DNA of 64,000 nucleotides, from positions 44,394,001 through 44,458,000 of the forward strand of contig NC_045697.1 of the NCBI RefSeq assembly GCF_009834535.1. Direction: 5' to 3'. The DNA is from Camelus ferus (lineage: Eukaryota). Every line of letters begins with the position of its first letter. The first letter of the stretch is position 1. Below, in pieces: positions 26,449-40,607 of this stretch. Made by a program: the position numbers and the translations under genes. Under the pieces are notes generated by a model. The model was not told where the DNA came from. It saw nothing but the letters and a program-made list of their open reading frames with translations, and did no database searches.

Positions 26449-28531
26449 TCATCATCTGTTCTGGATAAAATGATTTCTCATCCATATTACAAGTGAGAAG
26501 GCTAGCAATGCTGGAGCCAGGAGAATGATGCATGTGCAGAGTTTATCCGTGAGAAACGAGTAACCCAGAGAACAGCATTGACTGTCTCCCTTTGGAGGTA
26601 GTGGCACAACTACCTGATGGTTAACATGAAGAGCCATTTCAGTGTCTACTTCAGCAGTGGTTTAGGGCTTAGACCAAAGTTCCAGCATGATCCTATCCCT
26701 CCAAACTGAATGACGACCAAATAGTTCCCAGACCCACACTTTTCCCTTGTCATTTTTAAAAGAAATTAACTGTGTGGCTTAGGTATTTTGTCATTATGCC
26801 CTGACCAATATACACACACAATTCATTAGCAGCTGTCTCCCTGGTGCCCGGTGTGGAGGTGTCTGGTCTAAAACTAATGGCTTCCTTATCTGAAGATCAC
26901 TTTGTGTCAGGGCACTTGTGTTGAATTTCTCCTCTCCCCATTTCTCCCTCCTGTTCCCAGCCCAAAAAGTAATAGAAATTGTGCTTATTTTTTTCATCCT
27001 CTTGGATAGTTACTGTCACCGTGAATAGACTTCTGATATGTTATAACTTCTCACCAGATCCCTCAAACCATTAGGTTGAAAAACTATTATCAACTCAAGT
27101 ATAATCTATTAATTTGGTGATGAGTCTTGGGCATTAGCTTAAACATAAATCCACTAAAAGCTAAATCAGAGCCAGCCAACTTGAGATCTCATAAATTACG
27201 GTTTAATTCTATTTTGTTTCCAAAATCCAAATATGAACCAAGTGGTGTAGCACTTTTTGATCAGAGGTACTTGGAACTGAAAGTCATTTCGCTGAACTTA
27301 ACTTTGTAGCATGAAACTATGAAATTCAGTATACTTGGGAAATGCAAGTTTGTGGAAGGGTTTCTTTTATTAATGGCTACTAATAATGGCCTGTAACCAA
27401 GGTAGACCTTTAGCAAATATTATCTACTTAATTACTGTATAAATAGGATAATTCTTGAATTCCTAATCGTCTTTCCTGCTAAATCTTAATGTCAAAATTA
27501 GCTGCCTTACGAAGTAGTGAGTACATTCCCTTACATTAGATATAACTAATATGAATTACAAGTGCTTTCAAAAATCATTTGTAGACTAACCTCTCCTAGA
27601 TTTTCTGGATAAACATGATAATATCCCTGCACTAAGCAGTTAATAAAAGGGGATTCTTAGATTAGTGGTTTGAGTATGAACCAGCCTCAAGGTTACTATA
27701 GAAGTCAGATTTGAAATCTAGGTAACTTCCCTCATTCTCTCTTAAGATTCTCTGATGACAATGGGGTTCAAAACACACAGTGGTTTTTAAAATGAGTAAT
27801 TAACATCATTTGGAAGAATTGAGCTTTCTTAATATAAGCAGCATGATTTTTAGTACATACCAAATCCCCAAGTCTTCTATGTTAAAATACAGATTCCATA
27901 ATTTGATTGCTGTGAACTGCCCTAATTTGGATTAACTATCTTTGTCCTTTGACAATGAACGCCCCCAGGTAGAACTAGAGAGAAGTGGGAGTAAACCAGT
28001 AATAAAGGGATTTGCACCCTTGCCTTTATCTTCCTTCCTATCCCCGGGAGTGATTCCTGGCACAGGGACCAGCAGGTTTGCCTAGATGTGGTAACCTTGT
28101 CTTCTTCCCTGTGTTTTTGTGCCCTGTCTGTTCTAACCCCGTTCTAAACTAAAGGCTGATTGAATGAGTGAATTCCGTGCCATGGGCCATATCTCTCCAT
28201 CTGATTTGTTGTGTGCCAAGCCTCTGCAGTGTTCTCCTAAGCCAGACTGTCCTATGCTGACCTTGTTTTTGAAACTCTGAGAACAGCACTATTAACAGTC
28301 CATCATCTTACATCACCCAAATACCATATAGCACTGCTGCTTCAATTCCTCTCTGCTTTTTCAGGTTAGCTAGAGAAAAAAAATCTCAATAATCAGAAGC
28401 ATTGCATGGAAAATTTCCTTAAAAGACTGTCATTTTTAAATGTACTGTGGCAAAAAGTTTAATTTGGCATATTGTGGTTTTAGAACTCCACTTCCTAGAC
28501 TGGGTGTGTGATTTCAGTTTTTCAATTTTAA

Positions 28532-28747
<216 letters not shown>

Positions 28748-31137
28748 TAGTCACTATGTGGCCCATAAAATTCTGCATGAACCTTAAAAAATGCTAACAG
28801 TGCTTCCTGATATGCACGGTTCCCCAGCAGTCAGCCCGTCTGGGCTTTGAGCCTACGTGTGCAAGTGCTCACTATGCATTGGAAATGCTGCATGGCTACT
28901 GGGAAACGTAGCTACTAAAATAGCAGTATGTTTTCTACAAGGGCTTTCAAAGTGCTGTACACTTTCTTCATAACAAATTGTATCCTAATGTACCTTTCTA
29001 GAAAACTAATAGGACTATTGCCTTTCTAGAGTTATACACTGAACAGCTTTATTGGATGAAAGCTTGCATTTCAGGTTAGTAAGCTCATGTGGGAGTCAAG
29101 TTTGAAAACTCAGAATTTCTTTAGAATGCTTGTGACCTGGATAAAGTAACATTCACCCTAACTCTTCTTCCCAGAAATTTAGAAGCCCATGGTCAGTGAA
29201 GCATAATTTCCCTTGCCATTGCCATCCCCCAACTCTTGACCTAAGTGATTTCTTCGGAAACTAAACATGGAGATCCCTACACTGTTACAGCAGCTGTCTG
29301 ACTTCCCTGCCTCCGTTCCCTCCCCAGCATCCTCCAACCTACACTATATACTGCGGCTAGAAACTTCCTCCTTGCATTCAAACACCTATCCTGACCCTTC
29401 TCCCCTGTCTACTGAGTGAAATCCAAATCTTGTAGGCATTCCAGACCCTCACATTCTAGTGAGCATTTAATAATGTTCTTACTGAAAATATGGTAGTGGA
29501 TTTTTTTCTAAGACTGTCTCTTGTCCTTAATTCAGTGCTGATAATTTATTACATTGGGATAACTCATCTCCCTGAGACAAGACATCCACTGGCACATCGT
29601 AGCAACTCAACAAGTATTTTTTACTTAATGAGTCGTTCAACAGATAGGCAATCCCACTGATTTCTCTCTCTATTCCAGGTCTCATTTCCTATTAACCTAG
29701 ATAATGAGAACGCTGCATTCTTAGGACATATTGGCTAGGACAGTGAATTATCACAAGAGATAATTAAGAGTTTATCTGTTAAGCTCCAAAATATTAGGGC
29801 ACAGAGCATTTTTTATTGAGATTTTGATGGGAATTCTTCCTCCACTTACCTGTCTGTGCTGCAGATGCCAGCATGTTGTAAAATGCTCAATAACTATCAT
29901 TTCTTTCATCCGGGTCTTGGATGGACGTTACTGAGTAGACATTTTGTTCTAACGTTCCTAGAAGAATCCCAGTGATTGGGTTGTTTGGGTGAACCACAAA
30001 TATTCAAAACCATAAATGTTGGCACTACCCATGAAGAACAATTTCTGGAATATGTACAGATTACACAGTAAACAAATAACACACTAGTTGCCAGGTGGCT
30101 AGTATATGAGATAGGAGACAGACTTTTCAGTCTATTCTGTTTATAATTTTTAAAGTTTGACTGATGTAACTATATTATCTGATTTTTAACTGTTTTTTAA
30201 CTTTTTAAATTGAAGTACAGTCAGTTACAGTGTGTCAGTTTCTATATTATCTGTTTTTAAAATAAATGAATAGACTGTGTACAGCATGGAAAATCAAATT
30301 CCTCGATAATTTGATTTAGGGAATCATTATTTAAAATGTTTACAAAATATGTGTTTTGAACTGTAAAGGGGGAAAAAAGTGACTTCTTCCAAAGAAGAAA
30401 AAATTCTATAGCCAAACCAAAGAAAACAGTTGTAAAGGGAAAGTAATATTGATTTGATACAATTATTATTAACAGTATTGTCAAACAATAAAACACCTGG
30501 AGGCAATGGCAATTCAAAAAATATATTTTCACCATGTTTTTAAAGCCATCTCTTCAACAGTAGATTTTCCTGTATGTATCCTATATGTGGGGGGTAGTAT
30601 ATGTGTAGTTAAAAGTATATGTAATTACTGAAGGTGTTTTAAGTGACAATTTTTTTTTTTAATCAGTGGGTCATGATTTGGGCAGTTTGCATCTCTCACC
30701 CCTAACTGAAATAATCTAAATGGGTCTCCTTTAATCTATTAACTGTATAAAAGCTTTGACCAGGTATCTTCAAACACTGTTGCCCTTTAATGGGTCTCCA
30801 GATATGGCAAAAGCTTCTAAGTGCAGTTTTCTTGTAATATTAGGAAAACAAACAAAAAAAGGCCATTAGCAGTGAATTGGCCACATCATAGCCTGGGCAG
30901 TTTTGTAGCAGTAAAGAACAGCCCAATTGTTATTAGGTCCCCAGGCCAATAAAATCTTCACCTGCTTGGAATTGGCCATCGTCAATCAGTAAGTAAGTAC
31001 ACAGCCAGATTCTGGTCTTATTTATTATTCTGGAAAACAGTTTGGGGTTTATGTTCATATAAACTTTACATTTCTCTCTCTCTCTCTCTTTTTTCTGTTA
31101 TAACTATCCTGCTTTTTTCTTTCACTTTTCCACAAAG

Positions 31138-31287
31138 CTTTTCTGGAAAACAAATTCAAAGAATAGATTACCACTGCCTGTATGATTTTTTCAAACAAAT
31201 GTTTTGAAGTTTGAGGTACTCTTTATTTCCCTTCTTCTCCTCAGAGTTTAAACCAACGAAGAACAGACACAAAGAGCCAATGGGAGG
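31138..31287 (+). repeat. Local direct repeat, copy A (~150 bp)
   Basis: Colinear with 32063-32214; shared blocks cttttctggaaaa, tagattacca, aaacaaat, tttgaggtact, tttatttcccttcttc, agaacagacacaa. Confidence 0.85.
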
Positions 31288-31421
31288 CTCTATTCTTTCT
31301 AAAATCTATCATCCCATTATTGAGACATCCCTTTACCTAATTTTCCTGCCTCACATATTCCATTGGCTTGTATGTCTTTTCGAAATGGGCCTCCACATGT
31401 CATTATCTGTTCATCCTTTAG

Positions 31422-31607
<186 letters not shown>

Positions 31608-32062
31608 TGAATGTGAATAGGTTCCTTGCCAGTGAGGTTAAAACACAGATAACTTGTCTAGATAGAAGATGAGTAACTCACCATTCTCTGTTGGTTTGAC
31701 TGTATTGTCAGCTCATCTCAGAATCTTAGACAAAAAAGAAAAGTAAATGGGTATAAAAACTAAAACTCTCAGACCTATTTTTCATGCCAAAGAGGAGATG
31801 GAGAACTAAAAATAAAACAAGATCTGCCTTCTCAAAATTGTTTCAAGCAGTCGGAATGGTGTCAGGCATTCTCCTTACCACTAATGATGTAAGTAAGTTT
31901 CCCTTTGTGAAAAACATAGAATGCATAACCAAAAGAGAATTGTGATCTTTTTCTTTCCATCTTAAAAAAATATTTCATTTGTGACTGTTATTTAAAAATT
32001 TATGAACTCTAAAATGAATTTCAAGGGACAAATCATTTATATCTTTCAAGAATACAAGTAAC

Positions 32063-32214
32063 CTTTTCTGGAAAAGAAATTCAAGAACTAGATTACCAGT
32101 CCGTGTACTGTTGTCCTAAACAAATATTTCTGAGGTTTTGAGGTACTATTTATTTCCCTTCTTCCGTCGGTGTCGGAACCAGTGGAGAACAGACACAAGG
32201 AGCCAGGTGGGAAG
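32063..32214 (+). repeat. Local direct repeat, copy B (~150 bp)
   Basis: Colinear with 31138-31287; roughly three quarters identical by eye. Confidence 0.85.
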
Positions 32215-33749
32215 AAATGAGCCTTTATTCCCGGTAAAGTTGGAAAGGAGAATCGTACAGGCCTCCTAGCTCACGCCTGGAATTCAATTTATCCACCCAG
32301 TAACAAGCAGAGAAATCAGGGAAACGCAGAGATCGTGAACTTAACCCTAACCAGAGCGCAGAGACGCTCATGCAGGGTGGAGCACGTGACCCCACCTATG
32401 GGTGGCACAGCCCAATGGAAGCCTCCCACTTCAGAGCCCACCAATCAGATCAGTCACTCACTCCTTGCGGCAGAGTGTTCACTCCACTGGGTCCTCGGGA
32501 AACAGAAGAAGAAGGAAGTAAGGTTCCCAGATGGCAGACTGTGTCTGGGTAACACAATTACGCTCTTCAATGTAATAGCCAATATTTATAGAGCACTTAT
32601 AATGTGCTAGGCATTATTCTAATAAGCACTTTAAGTGTGTCAACTCTTTTAATCCTCACTTAACAGGTAAGAATAGTGAAAAACAGAGGTACCCAAAATC
32701 ACACGTGGTATGTGTCGATCTTGTTTTAAACTCAGACTCAGTTCTTGCATTCTTAACCATGTATGCCATCCCTTCTGAGAGAAAGTGGCTTTGAAATACG
32801 AAGATAAATTTAGTGTTCAGAGACATTCTTTTGTTAGTGGAGTATTTGGAGCCATTTATTTCTTCTGCCCTCACAAACTGCCATAATCATTTTAGTGGTT
32901 TTCTGAACTTCTGCAGTCACATTAGATAAAGAACATTTAAGGACTTGAAATTCAAGCCAAAAAACGTGTTTATTGCTAGCAACCTGGTAAAAGTATTTTA
33001 TGAGTAAATAGGTCAGAACTCTGCCAATGTGAGATCTGAAGATGTATCCCTTCCCCATAAACTTAAGAAATAAGTTGATATTGCTTTGGCAGTATTTTGA
33101 AACTTCAATCAGAAGAATGTGTCCATATTTTAAGTTATTCTGAGTTTTGAGCTAATACCAAACAAGTCTGATCCATGCTTTTTCTGAAGACTTGCAATCA
33201 TTTCTTGGTTTCTAGGTGAATGGATCCAAGCCAAATCAAGAGAGCAAAGTTTGGCTGAAGTCATTTCTTGCTCTCCAAAAATTTTCCACGATTTTAAGTC
33301 TAAAGTTCTGAAGGTAGAACTAATTCTAAAGGAACATTTCTGATTTTTCTAAATAACTTTATTTAGTCCTTGGCCTCTTAGCCTTTTACTAAGGAGTGTT
33401 ATGAACCTTTCCCCTTCCCAGCTTCTACCTTCATATATACTGGGGGGGGGGGGTGTACACCCACATGTGTGTATATACACTCCATGTATACTTGGCCATA
33501 GGCATCTCATCTGTTTCTTTGTTGTTTTAATTGCCTGTTTTCATTTGGGTGCAAGTTTAAATGCTACACCAGGAATGAAACCAGCCTATACAGTATTGTC
33601 TGAAAGGCAATAGTGAGAACTAGATAAAGGAGGAAGAGGGGCCACTTAGACATTATTAGTAGCACCGCGGAGACAAACATAGCTTATATGGAGGTAGTTA
33701 GCTATTTGTATACGTTCAGATTATTCTGTAGTCATTTGCAGTGTCTTTT

Positions 33750-33885
33750 TTAATATAACTTTATTTCTTTAAATAATAACTTTATTTATAATTTAAATAA
33801 TAACTTTATATTATTTATTTATGTAAATAATGACCATATGTATTTAAATAATAACTTTATTTAAATAAAGTTTATTTATTTATTT
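33750..33885. repeat. AT-rich minisatellite-like tract with a palindrome
   Basis: Unit ~taaataataactttat repeated about 4 times; perfect 20-bp palindrome AACTTTATTTAAATAAAGTT at 33853-33872. Confidence 0.75.
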
Positions 33886-33949
33886 TTCTGGCCAACTAAT
33901 TACTTGGGAATTGTAATTCTTTAGCTGATCTCACAGTTATTAGGCAGCT

Positions 33950-34160
33950 GTAGACAATGGTCAAATGTATGGCCTGGGAGTCAGAGTGCTTGTGTTTGAA
34001 TCCCAGTTCCACCAGTTAATACCTGTGTTACCCATTTGGCCTCCATTTCCCTATTTTAGATGAACTGATGAGAATAGGATGTTGTGAGGATTAAGTTTCC
34101 TTGAAAGCACTTAGAAGCATGTCTGGCACAAAGCAAGAGCTCAACAGCGTTACCTTGTAT
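33950..34160. mobile_element. MIR SINE
   Basis: ggagtcagagtgcttgtgtttgaatcccagttccaccag...aggatgttgtgaggattaag. Confidence 0.7.
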
Positions 34161-34206
34161 TCTTCATGTAGGTTCAGCAGGGTCTGTCAAACTAGCTTGC
34201 TAGTGA

Positions 34207-34515
<309 letters not shown>

Positions 34516-35960
34516 CCCATCAGTTGTTCCTTGCTGGTGCGGTGGGTGCAGCAGCAGGGGAGGGGCCAGGACACACCCACCGGACTTGACACATAACCTC
34601 ACTGACACATCACACACACACACGTCCGTGGCCACAGTTGCCAAATGAGCTTTTCAGGGCGAGTCATTTAACAAAAAAGCACAAGCCCTAGGTGTCGAAA
34701 TACACGCTGTTACACTGAAAATATATTGCACGACAGAGCAAGAAGCTTGTGCACGATCACGTCTCTTTCCCTCCCTCTCCCAGCACCCCCTGCTCTTTTG
34801 TCCTCTTCACATATTTCAGACGTCGTGACCCCCCCGCCACAGAGTAGGGCGGGCTGAATGTCACAGGGGAGTAACTCTGACTCCCAACATTGCCTTCTGA
34901 TCCAAAGGGCTTGGAACCGGCTCTTGAGGAAATTCTGACTCTGGCACCAATGCTCTTGAATGGAGAGGGTATCATCCAGGTAGATGGACACCGTATAGAG
35001 ATGTGACCCTGCGTAACCTCTGGATGCTACGGGAGCACGGACAGACCTTTCCCACAGAAACTCCCTTCATCGTTGCTCAGTGCTTGGCTGAGCAGATTCA
35101 GTGAAAGGAATTCCTGACAAGCTATGGGAGGGAAGCCCACCACCGTGATTTGGACTTTACTGTAACTGAGAAAATATTTCCAAATGTGAATATTTACAGG
35201 GACACGGTGTGCCAGACATGGAACAAGATGGGGGCAGCAAGTATGGTTTCATTTTTGCTTCTATAGTACCCTACGTTCAGTTTTTCTTTTCTATTTCATG
35301 GTTTGCTTTCTTTTTTTCTTTTCCTTTAGTAACTACCATGGGTCTCTTGAGGCCTCATGGACAAAGAAGATGTAGGACAAATGCAAGAACTGATCTTGTC
35401 TGGGGTTCAACTATGATCAAAGGAAAAAGAAAAAGGTCACTTGCAGGCTTAATTTGCTGCTTTTATGTTTGAAGCTAAGAAAATGTTCACAGAAAAGCAC
35501 AAAGAAACATGTGTGGAGGTACTCAAAAGAGCTCCTGCTGGACATTTATAAAAGAAGTTTTAGAGCATCTTGTTGCAAGTCCAAATCAAGGGGCAGTTTC
35601 TTAATACGTATCTATAGCTCAAATTTAGTATTTGGGCGGGGGGGGCAGTTAAGGGCTTTTCATACTTGGAATTTGTAGAAGTCAATTAAAACATTACCCT
35701 CCCCCAAAACAAACTGGTGCAGCTAGTCCCCTGCTACCCAACATGCAATTCCCACCTGCTCAGAGTTTAGAACTCAAGCCATAGGCCTGGGCTTCTGAGG
35801 CTTTGCTTCATAAAGATAAGAATTCTAAATTCAGGATGTGTGAGAGTGGGCCACGGTGATAGACCCTCCATGAATGCACTTTGTTTCAAGAAATCCCCAA
35901 ACTGGCTTCACAGGGGCTTGGGATTTCATGGAATATAATATAATAAAAACAATGTTTTTT
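34516..35960 (+). other. TMEM150C: TMEM150C 3' UTR (3' end uncertain)
   Basis: Follows the stop codon; candidate poly(A) signals ATTAAA 35685-35690 and AATAAA 35942-35947, with another AATAAA at 36523-36528. Confidence 0.55.
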
Positions 35961-36664
35961 AATTCAGCCCAAACTCTGAGCCTCTTGAGGAGGGAGGGGG
36001 CCAATGACTTTTCACCTCTGTATTTGTCGCCACCTCCTAGCACAGTGCCTGGCACGTCTTAGGTGCTCCACAAACGTCTGTTGACTAGAATTCCTGGTAA
36101 TTGAAAGGAGCATCAGAGAAAGACTCAGAGATGAGTGAGAGAGAATAGAATCATTTCCTGCAAGACAGGAATGGAAGAAAGCATGAGTGAGGGTTAGATG
36201 GGGGAATGAGAATGCCTCTGAGGGATAAGTGAAATGGGAGAAAAAGAAGCAAGCAGGGAGTGTTCTATTAGAAAGGCTAATACTGTAAATAGTCCAAGGT
36301 GACATTTATTATTTTTGAATACTGCTTTTGGGTTTTTTTTTCCATTTTTATATTTTAAAAATGTTATCAGAGAACAGATTTATGAAGTTTTCTTTTACTC
36401 TACCCAATCCAAATTAAATAGCTTTTGGTGATGCACTGTACACTTTCTTAAGAGTAAATCTAATAGCACATTTTAACAGAATCAAGCAATGACTGGCATT
36501 ATTCATTGGGATCTGACCACTAAATAAAATTCTTTTATGAAGAACTGTGATTTTATTTTTTTGGCTTCTTACACAAACATTTCTTCCCTCATATGGAAGC
36601 ATGTGTAAACTCAATTAGACATTATGTTGAAAACAAACTTTAGTAGTATGTTGGTAGCATATTT

Positions 36665-37545
36665 CTTGGGTGTTTTCCAACACTAACAGCCAAGTCTCTG
36701 ATTCTCTGGACACCAACTGGGTGTCCTACAGTTCAGTTCAATTCTGACACTTAACTACCCAGAGTTATTGTCAGACCCCACAGGTTTAAAAGCTCGGTCC
36801 CACAAGACTACCCTCACTTCAGATGCCAGTCCCAAGTATCAGGTCCCCAGGTTACCCACACTTCTGTCCAACCTGGCAGTAAAATGGAAGAGTTCCCACA
36901 GCTCCCTTCCCTTTTAGATTCAATAATTTCCTAGAATGGCTACAGAACTTGGGGAAACACTTCCATTTGCTGGTTTATTATAAAAGATACAACTTGAGAG
37001 CAACCAAATAGAAGAGATGTTCAGGGCAAGGAAGGGGAGATACGTGGGGAATGCTGTCCTCTTGGGGGCTCAATGTGTTCACCAGCCCAGGTGCTCTCTC
37101 AGTCTCACTGTTGAAGAGCTTTCAGAGCTCCCTCTCCAGCACCCTCCCTCTTCCTCCACCCATTCTTGGCGGTCCATCAGGAGGTCTCATCATTTGGTCT
37201 TTCTGGTGACCAGCTCCATCCTGAGGCTATCTAGTGGCCCCACCCTTAGTGATCTCATTAGCACAAACTCAAGTGTGAAACAAAGGGGCTCATTATTTAA
37301 AACAAACGAACAATTGCCAAGACTCTGGAAACAACCCGTGCCCATCAACTGAAGACTGGTTTAAGAAGTTGTGTTGTATATGTATATATGCTGTACACCT
37401 GAAACTAACACAATGTTATAAATCAACTGTACTTCAACTAAAAAAAAAAAAAAAGACTCCTATCACTCAGAAAATTTCAAGAGTTTTAGGAGCTTCTGGC
37501 AGGATCCGAGGCCAAGCATCAAATACATTTTTGTATTAGACCACA
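36665..37545. mobile_element. MER21-like ERVL LTR interrupted by an L1 fragment (~37310-37453)
   Basis: gacaccaactgggtgtcctacagttcagttcaattctgacac...ggtcccacaagactaccctcacttcagatgcca is MER21-like; the insert ends in poly(A). Confidence 0.7.
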
Positions 37546-38859
37546 CATACCCATAAAGATCAAGATTACAGACCTCCTAGGAGTTGAGGAACCGCAGCAT
37601 TCATCCAGGAGGACAAGACTAGGGAATCAGCATTTGCAGTGAGTATTCCTGGAGGAACGAATGCCAGCTGCCCAGAGAACAAAACATGAAATAACACTGC
37701 ACTAAGTTTCTGGTAGTCTAACTATGTCTCTTGAAGAAAAGTTCCCCTCTGGTTAGGAGAGAAATATTTTTAAAACAATGTTAACATTTTCAAGGTTCAA
37801 TAGTTTTTGATTCAATGGAGAACTGACAGTGAGGTCAAGTTTTATTACCTGTGTTATTTATTGGGTTGTCTTTGCCCCTGGTATGGGAAAATAAAACTTG
37901 CATATCCTGAAATTGGCAGTCTGCTGGTTATCATGGAGACTGGTACATCACTGTCTATTTTTGTCCTTAGGCACTGTGTCAGGATGGATTGGGGTTTGCT
38001 ATCCCAAAATAAAACTAACAAAACTAGTTTATTTCTCATACTAGGTGTCTATCCCACGTTGTTAAGAGGGGGTCTGCTCATTGCTACAACTCAGACCCTG
38101 GCTGTTAGAGGCTCTGTCTCAACACTGCTCCCATAGTTGCTGATAGCCAAAGAAATCTGGCAGCCTGCTCATTGGTCTTAAAGCTGCCACAAAGTGACAA
38201 ACATCACTTAGCTCACATGTCACTGGCTAGGGCAAATCACATGGCCATATCCGAGAGTGGCACTCCTACCCCGTGCCCAGAAAGGGAGAAACATTTGTGA
38301 ACAGCCTAGTAACTGATGACCACAGGATTTACATTTAGGTTTTTTAGGGGAGTTGGAGGTGGGATGTTATTTATTTACTTTAATTGAGATCTTCTTTGGT
38401 CATTGCCATTCCTTGGAAATGGGAGTACCAAAGAATCAGTAAAGAGCCCATCATCATACAGGAGTAGAGGAAGAGGACTACCTGTGGGGTTGGGTTAGAC
38501 ACCAAATTACAAGTGTGAAGAAGCATCTAAATAACAACTAAATGACAGAAATGCAATCCCACCAAGCCTACAATGTGTTATGTTCCCCAAAGTAGTGGGA
38601 AGTCTGGGGAGAGAGAAGAATTCCACATATGAAGTAAGCTGGTCTTCACAGTCCTCAATTCCTCATCTGTTCAGATTCCCTGTTAATATTCCTCAAAGTG
38701 AGGGTTCCAAGAAACAGCAAATACCCAAATCTGAAGTTCCAGAAAGGGAGGGTGGGCGAGAAGGCTAGGTCCCTCACTGGAAGAGCAAAGAACTTCCTGT
38801 CAGCATAAATATTCTTTTATTTCTCCTATCTTAAAAAAAAAGTCCGTATTTGCTGTCGG

Positions 38860-40220
38860 CAGCCCCTCTCCCCCAGTTCTGTGTTTGACCCACTCCAATC
38901 ACGCTCCTGCTTGTGCCACTTCCCTGGAACTGCTTTACTCGAGTTCTCCGAAGACCTGGTATTGGTATATGCAACTGTTAGTTCTCCTAATCCCTTACCT
39001 AGACACATACACTTCACAATTTGATCACCTTCCCTGCTTAAAACATTTGCTTCACCTGGCTTCCAGAACATCACCCCTCTTACCATTCCTCCTGCTTCAG
39101 TGTCCACTCCTCAGCCTCCTCTGCTAGGCCATCTGCTCCCGGACTGGAACCCCCCCTGGGCTCAGGCCCTGGGACTCTTCGTTCCTGTCTACACTTCCTT
39201 TCTTGGTGACCTCATCCAGTCTTCTAGTTTGAAGTATTGCAATATTCTGACCTCTCCCAGCTTCTCCCGCCCAGGCCTCTGTCCTAAACGCCAGACTTGT
39301 AGGTTCAACTCCCTTTGTGACATCTCCCCACGAAGGACACTGCAGGTTTAACAGTCCTGATCTGATATCTTGAAACTCACTCCTCCGGGAGCCTTCCAAT
39401 CTAAATTAAGGATGACACATCTTTCAGTTGCCCAGACTGAAACCTTGAAATAAGCCTTATCTTTTCTTTCTCTCAGACCCCACATCGGTCAGCAAATTTA
39501 GTCTTCTCTATCTTTACATTACAATAAAATGTGTCCACTGCTACCATCTTGTCCAAGCCACTTCCATCTCTCTGGGACTTTTATAATAACCTACAAAAAC
39601 GAGTTTCTCTGCTTTTTCATTTGCTCCCTTTAGACTGTCCTCAACACAGTAGTCAAAAATGATCTTAGAGCATCACTCCTCCACTTAAAATCCTTCAATG
39701 GCTTCTCTTGTTCCCATTCACTAACGTGCCCTCCAAGGCCCAACAGAACCTGAGTCTCAACTTTTTATTCTCTCTGATCCAGTCCCTCTGCCTCCTTCTG
39801 TTCCTGCAACAGCCAGGCATGCTCTGATCTCAGGACCTTTGCACTTGCCAAAAGCGCTACCTTGGATATCTTTCCCCAGATATATAAATCTCTCACCTTC
39901 TTCACCTACTCAAGTGTTACCTTCTCACTGAGGCCTCCTGACCTCCAAAACTTACCTCTCCTCAAGCCCATTCCAACACTGTAAGTCTTTCCAGTTTTAT
40001 TTTGTTCTATAGCATTTTTAAAACATGGTCCTGTGATTCGTCAAAATTCTAACATAGGTAACACTAACATGTTTTACTTATTTTATTATCTTATCCTCTC
40101 TATCCCTAAAATGCAGACTTTGTGAGGGCAGCAATTTTTGTCTGCCATGTATCTGGCACCTAGAACAGTGCCTGGTACATAGTTAAGTGCTTAAGAAATA
40201 TTTTTGATATAAATGAATGA
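38860..40220. mobile_element. L2 LINE fragment(s)
   Basis: cacttaaaatccttcaatggcttctc, caggacctttgcacttgc, and the L2 3' end cacctagaacagtgcctggtacatag...aatgaatga. Confidence 0.75.
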
Positions 40221-40453
40221 CTGGTAGCTACTACTCCCCTCTTTTCTTTTCTTTCTTTTTTCTTTTTTTCTTCCTTTTTTTTTTTTTTTTTTAAGATTTA
40301 GTCTCTTAAATATGAGCTGCTCTGGTTCAAGGCACTTAGGAAACGATGGTAACATGGTCAGATTTCAGTGGATAAGATTGTCCCCCTGCTTCTCCTAGCA
40401 AACAGCTTTCTGTGTCTTAAGGAGAAAGCTCTAGATTATAAAAAGGGTCACTT

Positions 40454-40589
40454 TAAAAAAAATTTTTTTTTTGTTGGGAGGAATTAGGTTTATTTATTTA
40501 CTTATTTTTTAATGGAGGTCCTGGGGCTTGAACCTAGGACCTCATGCGTGTTAAGCATGAGCTCTTCTGCTGAGCTACACCCTCCCCCC
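40454..40589 (-). mobile_element. tRNA-derived camelid-type SINE, long-tail form
   Basis: A and B boxes on the - strand; TSD AAAAGGGTCACTT at 40441-40453 and 40592-40604. Confidence 0.88.
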
Positions 40590-40607
40590 AGAAAAGGGTC
40601 ACTTCTT

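Noticed and set aside
34725..34732. TATTGCAC in the TMEM150C 3' UTR as a miR-25/92 site
   Set aside because: It equals the miRNA's own 5' sequence rather than its complement, so it is not a target site on this strand; no precursor hairpin was evident.
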